Below, in pieces: positions 18,027 to 26,721 of a DNA stretch of 30,084 nt. Every line of letters begins with the position of its first letter. Positions within the stretch are counted from its first letter, which is position 1. The translations under genes and the position numbers were made by a program. The DNA comes from a virus (lineage: Duplodnaviria > Heunggongvirae > Uroviricota > Caudoviricetes): the IMG/VR virus record IMGVR_UViG_3300036945_000956, one strand, 5' to 3'. The notes under the pieces are model-generated. The model searched no databases and was not told where the DNA came from. It saw only the letters and a program-made list of their open reading frames with translations.

Positions 18027-19001
18027 TTAGTATGTACCACCATCAATTGAGGCAATCATTGAAGCAGTAATTGTTTCAACATCACCTGTTGTGATAAGAG
18101 TTCCAGAGGTTGCTGGAAGTATAATAGAGGTTGTTCCTGCTATGGATACAGGTGTAACTGTAATGGTACCAGAAGTGGAACCAGACATAGAAAGTGTTGT
18201 AGAACTTAATACATTAGATCCATTGATCTTATAAGTCTTACCTGATGCAAGATTAAAGTTTTCTGAAGATGTCCAACCGTTTGCAGCACTCCATGAAATT
18301 GTTTTATCAGTAGTACCTTTGAGAGTGATACCACCACCTATTGCAGTTGTATCGGTAGGAGATGCAACTGAACCCAACTCAATATTAATATCATCGACAG
18401 TCAACGTAGTTGAATTAAGTGTTGTGGTAGTACCATTGATTGTTAGGTTACCTGACACTACAATATCGTTACTAAATGTCTTAACACCTGCTATGGTTTG
18501 TGCATCAGCACTTATAAGACCAGCAATGGTAGAATTGGCTGCAGCTAAAGTTGTGCTAGTACCTGTGCTTGATGTTACAACAATTACAGAACTATTTGAA
18601 GTCTGGCCAAGATTAGTAGTACCAGAAACTGTAGCCCAATAAGCAACTGAACCATTAGATGCTAACAATTGACCAGCAGTACCTACAGAACCATTTGCCG
18701 ATAATGTAACGGTAGTTAAGTTATTAGCGGTAAAACTATCAACACGTCCAGATGAGTCTACAATGACTGCGGCATTATTAGTCAATGTTCCAGGCACATG
18801 ATTTAATTTGTCAGTAAAGTATTTACCACCGATAACAGCAATATTAGCCGCTACACCTCCAGTTTCAGTGCCAGTACCAATGTAAAGACGGTCACCGCCA
18901 TTTGATTGTGTTCCACCTAGAAATGAGTAACCCATTTCACCTTGTGCTAATGCACTTGGAGACCCTGTAGAACCTGATCTTTTAATACGGATAATTGCCA
19001 T
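18027..19001 (-). CDS. Tail-fibre-like protein with Mtd-N-type N-terminus
   Basis: Motifs IRIKRSG..P..LAQGEMGYS..DRLYIG and GNLTINGTTTTLNST; ends SIDGGTY. Confidence 0.75.
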   Translation of the reverse strand: MAIIRIKRSGSTGSPSALAQGEMGYSFLGGTQSNGGDRLYIGTGTETGGVAANIAVIGGKYFTDKLNHVPGTLTNNAAVIVDSSGRVDSFTANNLTTVTLSANGSVGTAGQLLASNGSVAYWATVSGTTNLGQTSNSSVIVVTSSTGTSTTLAAANSTIAGLISADAQTIAGVKTFSNDIVVSGNLTINGTTTTLNSTTLTVDDINIELGSVASPTDTTAIGGGITLKGTTDKTISWSAANGWTSSENFNLASGKTYKINGSNVLSSTTLSMSGSTSGTITVTPVSIAGTTSIILPATSGTLITTGDVETITASMIASIDGGTY

Positions 19002-19246
19002 TAGAAGAAGCCTCCATTAACTTCAGTATTTGGGTTCTCAATGGAGGTTCTAGCTCTCCAAGTTTGTGTTGATTGTTCATATATTAAAAGAGCACCGTCT
19101 TGTTGATTTCCTACAACAACATCAGCAAGATCATCTAGATTAATATTACTGGTACTTACTTGGTAATTAGTTACTAAAATGTTCTGCTGAGGTGTTACCT
19201 TAGCAGTGGTTTGTATTCCCTGAGTGACAACGGCTTTTATACTCAT
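19001..19246 (-). CDS. Small virion structural protein
   Basis: Motif LDDLADV..DGALLIY..TW and C-terminal NGGFF. Confidence 0.7.
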   Translation of the reverse strand: MSIKAVVTQGIQTTAKVTPQQNILVTNYQVSTSNINLDDLADVVVGNQQDGALLIYEQSTQTWRARTSIENPNTEVNGGFF

Positions 19247-19579
19247 TTAGATTCTCGTCATTCCTGGAGTTACAGTAACAATTCCTTCAACAACTCGTGT
19301 AATTGTATTGCCTGAGGATGTGATTTCTACATCATACAAATATCTTCCAGGTTCAATAGCAACAGTAGTTGTAGAATTCAGAACAAGAGTAATCTTTCCG
19401 CCTGTGTTATTATGTGATGCTATAAATGTAGTCGCTGATGACGAAGTATAATTCTTTCGCATTTGAGCTGCTACCGTATAACCAGTAAGATTAAACACAG
19501 CATTATTTGCATCAGTAAGATCAATCGTTGCACTAAAATTTGCACCTTGATCAACAACTAAATTTGCTTTAATAGCCAT
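19247..19579 (-). CDS. Conserved T4-like/cyanomyovirus-type structural protein (BppU-N-like beta domain)
   Basis: Motifs NLVVDQGANF, LTGYTVAAQMRK and GRYLYDVEIT..TRVVEGIVTVTPG. AGGAGG RBS. Confidence 0.75.
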   Translation of the reverse strand: MAIKANLVVDQGANFSATIDLTDANNAVFNLTGYTVAAQMRKNYTSSSATTFIASHNNTGGKITLVLNSTTTVAIEPGRYLYDVEITSSGNTITRVVEGIVTVTPGMTRI

Positions 19580-19606
19580 AAAATAATCCTCCTAATATCC
19601 TATGGT

Positions 19607-19614
19607 TATTTATA
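19607..19614 (-). promoter_or_regulatory. T4-type late promoter TATAAATA
   Basis: Exact match between the radical SAM stop and the 110-aa gene. Confidence 0.85.
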
Positions 19615-19617
19615 CAA

Positions 19618-20565
19618 TCATTGTCTGTAATCATTTAAGTCAAAAGTGGTACCATGCATCTTATAAAGATCACGATCATGATTAGTATATACCAAAACTT
19701 CAGTATCATCAATTAAAAAATCACACGACTTACAATAATCAGGATAGTCACCAGTTCTATGTCGGTTACGTAAATCTTCATATGCCTCACCATACCAGAT
19801 GTCTTTAATTGAAGTTGATGATGTATGACCTAACACAGCTTTTTCATCTTGTCCTAGAACTTGGCAACATGGATGAACTGCACCATAGTCACCATTCAGT
19901 CCGCCTGCTCGAATTACAATGTCTGGCGAAAATGGCCGTCCACATGTTTTTATTTTTCCATCTCTTTCATAATCTGGTTTATATACACCTGACCAATTAT
20001 GCATCTTCCAAATTTCAGTCTTAACATTCATTGTATTGACAATGTCAAGATATTTTTCAACTTCATACGGAATATTTGCTTGATCAAGGATAAGATGATA
20101 TGTAGAAACTACACATTCAGAATTAGATGTTAGAACATATTGATTTATGTCATTCAGATTTTTAATAACTTGATTAAATGCAAGACTATTCATCCATTCG
20201 TGATATGTAGTTGCATCATAACCAATGATACTAAAACGACAATAATCTAATCCTGCATCAATGACCTCTTTCATGAAAGAATCTTTCAGAAGTCTACCGT
20301 TTGTAAATATGAATGCTTTTGCATTATACTTTTTCACGATCTCAACATATCTTGCCAAATCCCTGTTGAGTGTAGGTTCTCCTGAACCTTCAAGATTCAC
20401 AACTTTGAGTCCTTGTTCAGCACATTGTGCCACCATATCTTCAAAATGAGATAGTGACATCTTTTTCAAAAAGTCTTTATGTCTTCCTGGATTTGACTGT
20501 GGGCACATCTGACATGAGTAGTTGCATCCACCATTTATTTCAATTACTGCTCTTTCGATATTCAT
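19618..20565 (-). CDS. Radical SAM protein with SPASM/twitch-like C-terminal Cys cluster
   Basis: CNYSCQMC (CxxxCxxC), GSGEPTLN and FTNG motifs; C-terminal C..PCC...YCKSC. Confidence 0.92.
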   Translation of the reverse strand: MNIERAVIEINGGCNYSCQMCPQSNPGRHKDFLKKMSLSHFEDMVAQCAEQGLKVVNLEGSGEPTLNRDLARYVEIVKKYNAKAFIFTNGRLLKDSFMKEVIDAGLDYCRFSIIGYDATTYHEWMNSLAFNQVIKNLNDINQYVLTSNSECVVSTYHLILDQANIPYEVEKYLDIVNTMNVKTEIWKMHNWSGVYKPDYERDGKIKTCGRPFSPDIVIRAGGLNGDYGAVHPCCQVLGQDEKAVLGHTSSTSIKDIWYGEAYEDLRNRHRTGDYPDYCKSCDFLIDDTEVLVYTNHDRDLYKMHGTTFDLNDYRQ

Positions 20566-21172
20566 TTTTTACTCTTTCATATAACTCAAAATCAAGTTGC
20601 TGTGCACTTCTCACAAGGTTTTTTGTAGATTCATCATAAAATTGATCCACCAATTTATGTGTTGGAACAAGTGATGACTGATTATGATGACCAAATGGAA
20701 CCTTGACTTCAATTGTATACTTCTGAATTAAGTCTTTGATATGAGAATCTAAAGTATCATAGCACCACCAAGTACCATTGTTCATAAAATTACTTTGAAG
20801 TTGCATCTGATAAGGTTTAACATCTTGGATCCAACCTTTACCCTTATATAGACGTAACCGAAAATCTCCTATTGATGGTGTTGGTATTTCACCTTGCTTC
20901 CATCTATACAGATAGAGACTAAGAGTGCGCTCGAGTGGTTCACGAACTGTTGCATAAAAGGTATCATCAGACACAGACAAATCATTCTTAATTGTATTTG
21001 ATTGAGTATAATGACTGTGTAAACCCGCACTAACATTTTGTGTAATGCCTCTATGATATGTTATAGTATCTTCTGACGATACAACATTATCAATAAGAAA
21101 CTCACGAACAGATGTTGAACCAGTTTTTGGTACATTAATAAATGTTGCTTTAAGTCTATGAATTCGAATCAT
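20540..21172 (-). CDS. Sulfotransferase family 2-like protein
   Basis: 5'-PSB-like FINVPKTGSTSV, 3'-PB-like VREPLERTLSLY, and C-terminal DFELY. Confidence 0.8.
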   Translation of the reverse strand: MIRIHRLKATFINVPKTGSTSVREFLIDNVVSSEDTITYHRGITQNVSAGLHSHYTQSNTIKNDLSVSDDTFYATVREPLERTLSLYLYRWKQGEIPTPSIGDFRLRLYKGKGWIQDVKPYQMQLQSNFMNNGTWWCYDTLDSHIKDLIQKYTIEVKVPFGHHNQSSLVPTHKLVDQFYDESTKNLVRSAQQLDFELYERVKNEYRKSSN

Positions 21173-21705
21173 TTTATAAGAAACATGTTAACTGTGATTC
21201 GATATGATCCTGGAATTGATTTATATGCATGCCAAGTAACATTATCAATAGGCGCAAAGATCAATGTGCGATTAGCTTTCCATTCGACTTCAGCCACAAA
21301 GTTTTTATCAGTATCATATAGTAGAGTTCCACGTGATACTTCAGGAAAAAGATATGTCACTGCTGATAAAACTTTGCTCTTAGCTTCATCATGAATGGGA
21401 TAGCTGAGGTCATCTAAACAGATATTTACCTCAGTTGCAAGTTCAAGTTTTTTATAATCTCTATATTGTGGAAATTCTTTTAGTATGTCTTCAGTGATTA
21501 CACGACTGCCGATACATTTAGAAGTTTTTGGTAGTTTCCTTATTGGGTTATGTATTCCACCGATCGTAGTTTTCTTACTATGAAGTTTACTACCATTTTT
21601 AAGTTGTCTAATGAAAGTTCTAATTTCGTCACACATCTCTTGAAAAAGAATTGGATCATAATAATCGTCAATAATCATATGTGGCCACGGTGTTTGTATT
21701 AACAT
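21169..21705 (-). CDS. 2OG-Fe(II) oxygenase superfamily protein
   Basis: HxD (IHDEAKSKVLSAVTYL), GTLLY, WKANRTLIF, distal H (TWHAY) and R (YRITVN). Confidence 0.8.
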   Translation of the reverse strand: MLIQTPWPHMIIDDYYDPILFQEMCDEIRTFIRQLKNGSKLHSKKTTIGGIHNPIRKLPKTSKCIGSRVITEDILKEFPQYRDYKKLELATEVNICLDDLSYPIHDEAKSKVLSAVTYLFPEVSRGTLLYDTDKNFVAEVEWKANRTLIFAPIDNVTWHAYKSIPGSYRITVNMFLIK

Positions 21706-22637
21706 CCAAATAATTCCTTTGTTCTTTCACCGTTCTTGAATCGAATCATAATTGATTCCATCTTGTCTTCATAGTTAGGATCATCAATATCTATAACAAG
21801 CTTGTGATAATACCAAGAAAGGAATCGCTTTTGATCTTCAATCGGAACGGGTTGAATTAAATCAAGTTCTTCTGGTGATTTAATCATTGGGATTATTTCT
21901 GATAGATCCATTGGATGAAATGTAGCCACTTTTTTTCCAGCTAACATTGCATTTAAACTCACTGCTGAGTCGGCTGAATATATTCTATTAGCATTGGGAA
22001 TCAATGAATCGGTATTGACATTGTCGATGAATATTGAATACTCACTTACTAATCCATCACGCTTATAAACTTCCCATGCTTTTTCACTTGGCATTGATGT
22101 AGTTGGATGAGCTTTAAACAGCGTGTAAATTTTATTCTCTTTAACATATTTTAATACCATTCTACAAACAACATCATCTTTTGGTGCATCTTTTTCAAAA
22201 TCCCAATTTGGATTAATATGATTTGTGACTTTAAATTTTGTGATATTCATCTGCATCAAGTAAAGATCATAGGATTCAGGTGTTTCAATTACTGTATTGG
22301 GTTGCATATACCGATTATTTGGCATTGCAAGGAATCGCTCAATTATTCCATCATCAATTGGGTGATCTTTCCAAAGATGATACATTGGCCATCGAGTCAC
22401 ATAATCACCATGAGGAGTCATCTTAAACAGTTTATAGTTTGGACTACCGCCACGATATATTAATGTATAATCAAAATACATTGCAATATATGCCTCAGCA
22501 AATACATACGGTATCTGATGCTTCTCAGATAACCGTTTAATTGATTCAGAGAATTTAAATAAATGAGGAAAGTTTTTTAACTTAAGTGGTTTATCTTTAC
22601 GAACAACTAACCAAGTTTTCCATTGATCATGATACAT
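21699..22637 (-). CDS. Capsule-biosynthesis KpsS/KpsC-like (GT-B-like) protein
   Basis: LFKAHP followed by SLIPNANRIYSADSAVSLNAMLAGKKVATF matches the K.HP...V...S.V..EA...GK.V pattern of that family. Confidence 0.55.
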   Translation of the reverse strand: MYHDQWKTWLVVRKDKPLKLKNFPHLFKFSESIKRLSEKHQIPYVFAEAYIAMYFDYTLIYRGGSPNYKLFKMTPHGDYVTRWPMYHLWKDHPIDDGIIERFLAMPNNRYMQPNTVIETPESYDLYLMQMNITKFKVTNHINPNWDFEKDAPKDDVVCRMVLKYVKENKIYTLFKAHPTTSMPSEKAWEVYKRDGLVSEYSIFIDNVNTDSLIPNANRIYSADSAVSLNAMLAGKKVATFHPMDLSEIIPMIKSPEELDLIQPVPIEDQKRFLSWYYHKLVIDIDDPNYEDKMESIMIRFKNGERTKELFGC

Positions 22638-23145
22638 TTTTTACCCAAAATCCAAATGAGAAGCGAATCTTTTCTGTCCAAATTGTATGCCATAACAAAG
22701 GATCTTTTTGAACAGGAAACTTTCTTACGGTCCAACCACTATTATCTATATCATCTATAATTTGACCATTTTGATTGACATATCTAAAGATAGCTTTACC
22801 AAGAGTAAATGTATAGTAGATTCGATCACCAGGCATATCAGAATTGGTATGCCATCCCATACATGAATTAGCACCATATACAATCAGATTAGTGTTTTCA
22901 TTAGCACCGACTAATTCTGCAAGAGGATTTAACTCATGTTTTGGTGCCATAATTGCAAGATGAGTATGTGTACTTCCATCAAGAAAGTAACCACCTGTTA
23001 AATCTCGAGTAGGTAATTCTTGAGCATCAAATAATTCACGCGTCACACTACCAGAAGGAACTCGAGACCACTGATATTGTGTCTTTTGAATATGACTTGA
23101 AAGTGCTTTAATTACATTTTTATTTGGTTCTAATTTTTGAATCAT
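22627..23145 (-). CDS. Cupin/2OG-oxygenase-like hypothetical protein
   Basis: MGWHTN...LWHT..RFSFGF pattern of a double-stranded beta-helix metal site. Confidence 0.45.
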   Translation of the reverse strand: MIQKLEPNKNVIKALSSHIQKTQYQWSRVPSGSVTRELFDAQELPTRDLTGGYFLDGSTHTHLAIMAPKHELNPLAELVGANENTNLIVYGANSCMGWHTNSDMPGDRIYYTFTLGKAIFRYVNQNGQIIDDIDNSGWTVRKFPVQKDPLLWHTIWTEKIRFSFGFWVKNVS

Positions 23146-23456
23146 ATATTTGCAAGAATTGCATTGATTTCTTCGTCAGGTATTTGCTGATCATAGCCTG
23201 CCGATAACATCTGAGAATATTCAAACTCTTTTTTTTGTTTAAAAATTTCTTTGATTGCTGGCGTCCAATTTGAAAGATGTGCTTCAATGAGTTTAATTAT
23301 GCTTGGATCATACATATCATATGATAAATCTTGCCATCCCATAGGAGTCATTTGAACACAAGAAAATTGAAATGTTATAAGATTATCTAGTTCATTTCGA
23401 ACAGTAACTTCAAGATCAAGAGAATCATTGATTATGCTAGTACTAATAATTTTCAT
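23142..23456 (-). CDS. Hypothetical protein, 104 aa
   Basis: ATGA overlap with the next gene; follows the 351-aa gene by 2 nt. Confidence 0.7.
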   Translation of the reverse strand: MKIISTSIINDSLDLEVTVRNELDNLITFQFSCVQMTPMGWQDLSYDMYDPSIIKLIEAHLSNWTPAIKEIFKQKKEFEYSQMLSAGYDQQIPDEEINAILANI

Positions 23457-23458
23457 TT

Positions 23459-24514
23459 TTATAACTCAAATGTTGATCTAAATACAAGAATTCTAAATGG
23501 ATCTGTAATATAAGTATCACTGTCTGTTGCCGTGGCGTCACCAACATATGATATAATACCATCTTCTGTTGCAAGATATACTGCACAATTCTCACCATTA
23601 ACCCACCAACCACCACGATTGCTTATTAATTTTAAAGGTCCAGATGTAAATCCATTAAATTCCACTGCAGCATCACGAGGTGTAGTTTGGACTGCAAAAA
23701 TAATATCCCATTTTTTTACAGTCGTGCTATAAACTGTTGCTCCTATTGGAGACTGGGCGGTTGTTCCCACTTGTACATAATAGTTTTGAAGATTCCATTT
23801 ACCTGGAAGAACGTGTACCATTTGCGCTGAAAACATAAAGGCATTAGCTTTTGTAAAAGTATAACCAAGAGATGTTACTGATGTTAGGTTAGTATTTACT
23901 TGGGCGTAATTTGCCGCATAAGTCAATGAACCACCCATAAAACTATTGTCAATAGTAGTTGGTGTAATTGAACCACCATTTACAGTATATGAACCTAAAC
24001 CAGCACTTTGTCCAACATTGATTCCTACTACAGTAAACGATTTAGACTCTGCCCAAATTCCAATATTTGGCACACTGACTTCACTTGGAAGAACAGACAT
24101 ATTCATAGTAGCTGTAATAGATGTTGCAGATAAGTCAAGACCTGTATTGATTGTATATGATATGTTTGAATTTGTTTCTTTACCATATGGGGAACCAATG
24201 TTACTAAAAAGCCAATTTCTAGTATTTACAATAGTAGTAGCTGAATCTACGTTAATCTGACCAATGATATTAGAAGGTCTTGTGACTGGATAAGTTTTTG
24301 CTCGCACAGTTCCAGGAATGTTATATGCAAGTGTATCTTCATTATAATCAACGAAGTCTATTGAGTTATTTGAACCACCAAATGATACGCGTCCACTAAC
24401 AATAGCATCATTTCCGCTCTTGATAACATTAATGCCTTCTCTATTTGCAAAGGTAGTTGATAATGTTTGACCGCTATTTAAAGTAATTGTGTTAGGTGTA
24501 AGTGTAATTGTCAT
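23459..24514 (-). CDS. Hypothetical virion/fibre protein, 351 aa
   Basis: Long Thr/Ser/Asn/Gly-rich ORF with a GGAGA RBS; no family recognised. Confidence 0.65.
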   Translation of the reverse strand: MTITLTPNTITLNSGQTLSTTFANREGINVIKSGNDAIVSGRVSFGGSNNSIDFVDYNEDTLAYNIPGTVRAKTYPVTRPSNIIGQINVDSATTIVNTRNWLFSNIGSPYGKETNSNISYTINTGLDLSATSITATMNMSVLPSEVSVPNIGIWAESKSFTVVGINVGQSAGLGSYTVNGGSITPTTIDNSFMGGSLTYAANYAQVNTNLTSVTSLGYTFTKANAFMFSAQMVHVLPGKWNLQNYYVQVGTTAQSPIGATVYSTTVKKWDIIFAVQTTPRDAAVEFNGFTSGPLKLISNRGGWWVNGENCAVYLATEDGIISYVGDATATDSDTYITDPFRILVFRSTFEL

Positions 24515-24517
24515 AAG

Positions 24518-25417
24518 TTATCTCCAAACCGCCCAGCCGCCAACAACTGCAGTGCCGGCACTAAATACAGCTGAAATAGGAATGCTTAATTCAGTACCTT
24601 GACCAGTAAGATAACCAGTCCAAATCATATTACTCTCAGCATTATCAGCTATTGGACCGTTTATACCGGTTAAAGTTGGAATACCAGATGCACCATTACA
24701 CCATGCATTGGCAAGAATAACTGAATTGTGTTGAGTATTTAATATTGTTGGATCCCATGTTAATCCACTATCCCTCGTACCTGTAGTATAAGGTATTGGA
24801 CTGCTATGATCTTGAATTAACCATATATCTGATCTATATTTACCAACAGTCCCTGATCCAGCAATGGTAACTTCAGCCCTAAAACTTTCTACGGTACCTA
24901 CAGGAAATTCATAATACGCAATCCATGAATTTTGATAGCGAGAATTTGCAGAGGAATATGCACCACCTGCAGCAAAAGTTAATGGATATGTACGTGTCTG
25001 ATCAGACATTGATCTAAGTAACATACTTTGGATATAATATGTAGATGTCGACAATGCGTTAATAGCTGTGGTAACAACTATTAATTGTGGTCTTGTATAT
25101 GAATTAAGATTAACTACGTTACTGCCTATCCCGTGCACGCCTGGTGCTGTTAGATCGGCCGTACTAGAAGTTCCTGTAAGATAACTAAGTGTAGCCGGGA
25201 CTTGTCTATATGGTCTGGAAGTAAATTGTTTTGACGGTATTATAATTCCATTGGTTCCATCAACATTTGAAAAGGCATTTATTCTTGTGCCAGATGTATT
25301 TGCACTAATACCAGGATCCAAAAACTTAAATTCATTTGGACTGTTAGTAAATGACATTGGATGATTGCTTTCCGACGGAAAGATTGATGGTCCATTTCCG
25401 GAAACTGATGCTGTCAT
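24518..25417 (-). CDS. Hypothetical virion/fibre protein, 299 aa
   Basis: Ser/Thr/Gly-rich ORF in the operon, ending GGWAVWR. Confidence 0.65.
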   Translation of the reverse strand: MTASVSGNGPSIFPSESNHPMSFTNSPNEFKFLDPGISANTSGTRINAFSNVDGTNGIIIPSKQFTSRPYRQVPATLSYLTGTSSTADLTAPGVHGIGSNVVNLNSYTRPQLIVVTTAINALSTSTYYIQSMLLRSMSDQTRTYPLTFAAGGAYSSANSRYQNSWIAYYEFPVGTVESFRAEVTIAGSGTVGKYRSDIWLIQDHSSPIPYTTGTRDSGLTWDPTILNTQHNSVILANAWCNGASGIPTLTGINGPIADNAESNMIWTGYLTGQGTELSIPISAVFSAGTAVVGGWAVWR

Positions 25418-25418
25418 G

Positions 25419-25787
25419 TTACACTACTTTCAAGCCTGCCGGTTGAACCAGCATAAGTTCCTCTGGTGTAGTTGCGGCTTCAATTACGGGATCACTCGGC
25501 GCATCGCGTAATAATTGTTTTGCTGCTATGATAGGTGCAGTATTTGCACCAGTTTCAAGTGCTTTCATAAACTCTGTGTCAAGACGTTGAAGTTCTGGAA
25601 CACGCGCTGCGCGGATCTTGGTTCTCCAAATTTCACGGGCCTTGACCATATCAACATCAATTGACATAGAGGTACCGTCAGCCTTCCATGCATTACGAAA
25701 GATTCTGTCTTCTGGTGTTTTCCACTGTGAGGTGTCAAGTAGACGTCCATCGATGTTAATAATAGCTGTCATTGTTTTAGTCTCCAA
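25419..25787 (-). CDS. Tail-fibre assembly-type small protein
   Basis: Motif DRIFRNAW..DMVKAREIWR.KIRAAR..L..LD.EFMKALE..KQLLRDAP, typical of fibre chaperone-like proteins. Confidence 0.65.
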   Translation of the reverse strand: METKTMTAIINIDGRLLDTSQWKTPEDRIFRNAWKADGTSMSIDVDMVKAREIWRTKIRAARVPELQRLDTEFMKALETGANTAPIIAAKQLLRDAPSDPVIEAATTPEELMLVQPAGLKVV

Positions 25788-26167
25788 GCGTTACGCCATT
25801 CTCTTGTTTCTGGTAATTGCGCTCGTTTAACGATTGCAAATCTTGTTATGTTTGATTGAGTGTCAGCCCATACTCTTTGAGGAAGGTCTTTTATAATAAG
25901 ATACTCAATTGCTTGTTCTTCTGTTAGTGGTCCGATTCTTTGAGCATTCCAATGTTTTGGTTCACATTCCCAACTAAATATTTTACCAGGATTATTTTTT
26001 GTCCATTCTTCTTCATATTCACGATCCTCAATATATGCATCAATATTTGGAAGATGTCCTCCTTCAAGTGCAAAATGCATAAACTCTGGTGTCGGTATCA
26101 TAACTTGTACTGGTGCATCAGGTGTTAAAGGATCTTCAAATAGTACAACATAATCAGTATAGTACAT
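25769..26167 (-). CDS. Tail-fibre-associated small protein
   Basis: Motifs VQVMIP, LT.EQAIEYLIIKDLP and LPETREWRNAW; TAATG-coupled. Confidence 0.65.
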   Translation of the reverse strand: MYYTDYVVLFEDPLTPDAPVQVMIPTPEFMHFALEGGHLPNIDAYIEDREYEEEWTKNNPGKIFSWECEPKHWNAQRIGPLTEEQAIEYLIIKDLPQRVWADTQSNITRFAIVKRAQLPETREWRNAWRLKQ

Positions 26168-26535
26168 TAAACAATTACCGCAATATTTGCATAAAGTGAA
26201 TCAACCAAACCGCCAGCATCTGTAGAAACGGATATATTTGCAAGTGAGGTAGATTGACCATATAATGTAAGAATAGTCGCAGAGGTGACAGCAGTTGCAC
26301 GGCTAGCCGTTCCTGCTAATACAAAGTTAGCGGAGGTCAATGCAGCAGTAAAGTTTGGAGCATAAAGACCTATACCATTATCGGTAATTGTAGATATATT
26401 GAATGAACTACGAACTGTTGGCACACCTGAGCTTGCATTAAAGTTCACCCATGCTTTTGCTGAACCCCTAATCGCGTTTGTTGAAGTGGTGCTATTTGTG
26501 CCGTCAGAGATATTGGTTACGACAAGAGTACTCAT
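26167..26535 (-). CDS. Fibre-type structural protein
   Basis: Motif GSAKAWVNFN..RSSFNISTITDNG.G.Y..NF, typical of phage fibre C-terminal domains. Confidence 0.75.
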   Translation of the reverse strand: MSTLVVTNISDGTNSTTSTNAIRGSAKAWVNFNASSGVPTVRSSFNISTITDNGIGLYAPNFTAALTSANFVLAGTASRATAVTSATILTLYGQSTSLANISVSTDAGGLVDSLYANIAVIV

Positions 26536-26547
26536 GTTCTAGAATCC

Positions 26548-26718
26548 TTATACGATTGACCATGCTTGTCCAGTTGGAACAGTCACAGTGACGCCTGAGT
26601 TAATTGTGATTGGACCTACCGACATAGCATTATATGTTGATGGGATCGTATAATTAGCAGTGATAGTCTGCTTATTAAGATAAAATGGTGATGTAGTACT
26701 TCCGTTAACAAATGCCAT
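26548..26718 (-). CDS. 56-aa fibre-associated protein (below ORF-track cutoff)
   Basis: Manual translation MAFVNGSTTSPFYLNKQTITANYTIPSTYNAMSVGPITINSGVTVTVPTGQAWSIV. AAGGAG RBS; late promoter upstream. Confidence 0.8.
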   Translation of the reverse strand: MAFVNGSTTSPFYLNKQTITANYTIPSTYNAMSVGPITINSGVTVTVPTGQAWSIV

Positions 26719-26721
26719 AAT

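Noticed and set aside
208-26167. Frequent TAATG/ATGA overlaps
   Set aside because: Ordinary translational coupling in T4-like late operons; used only as support for gene calls.
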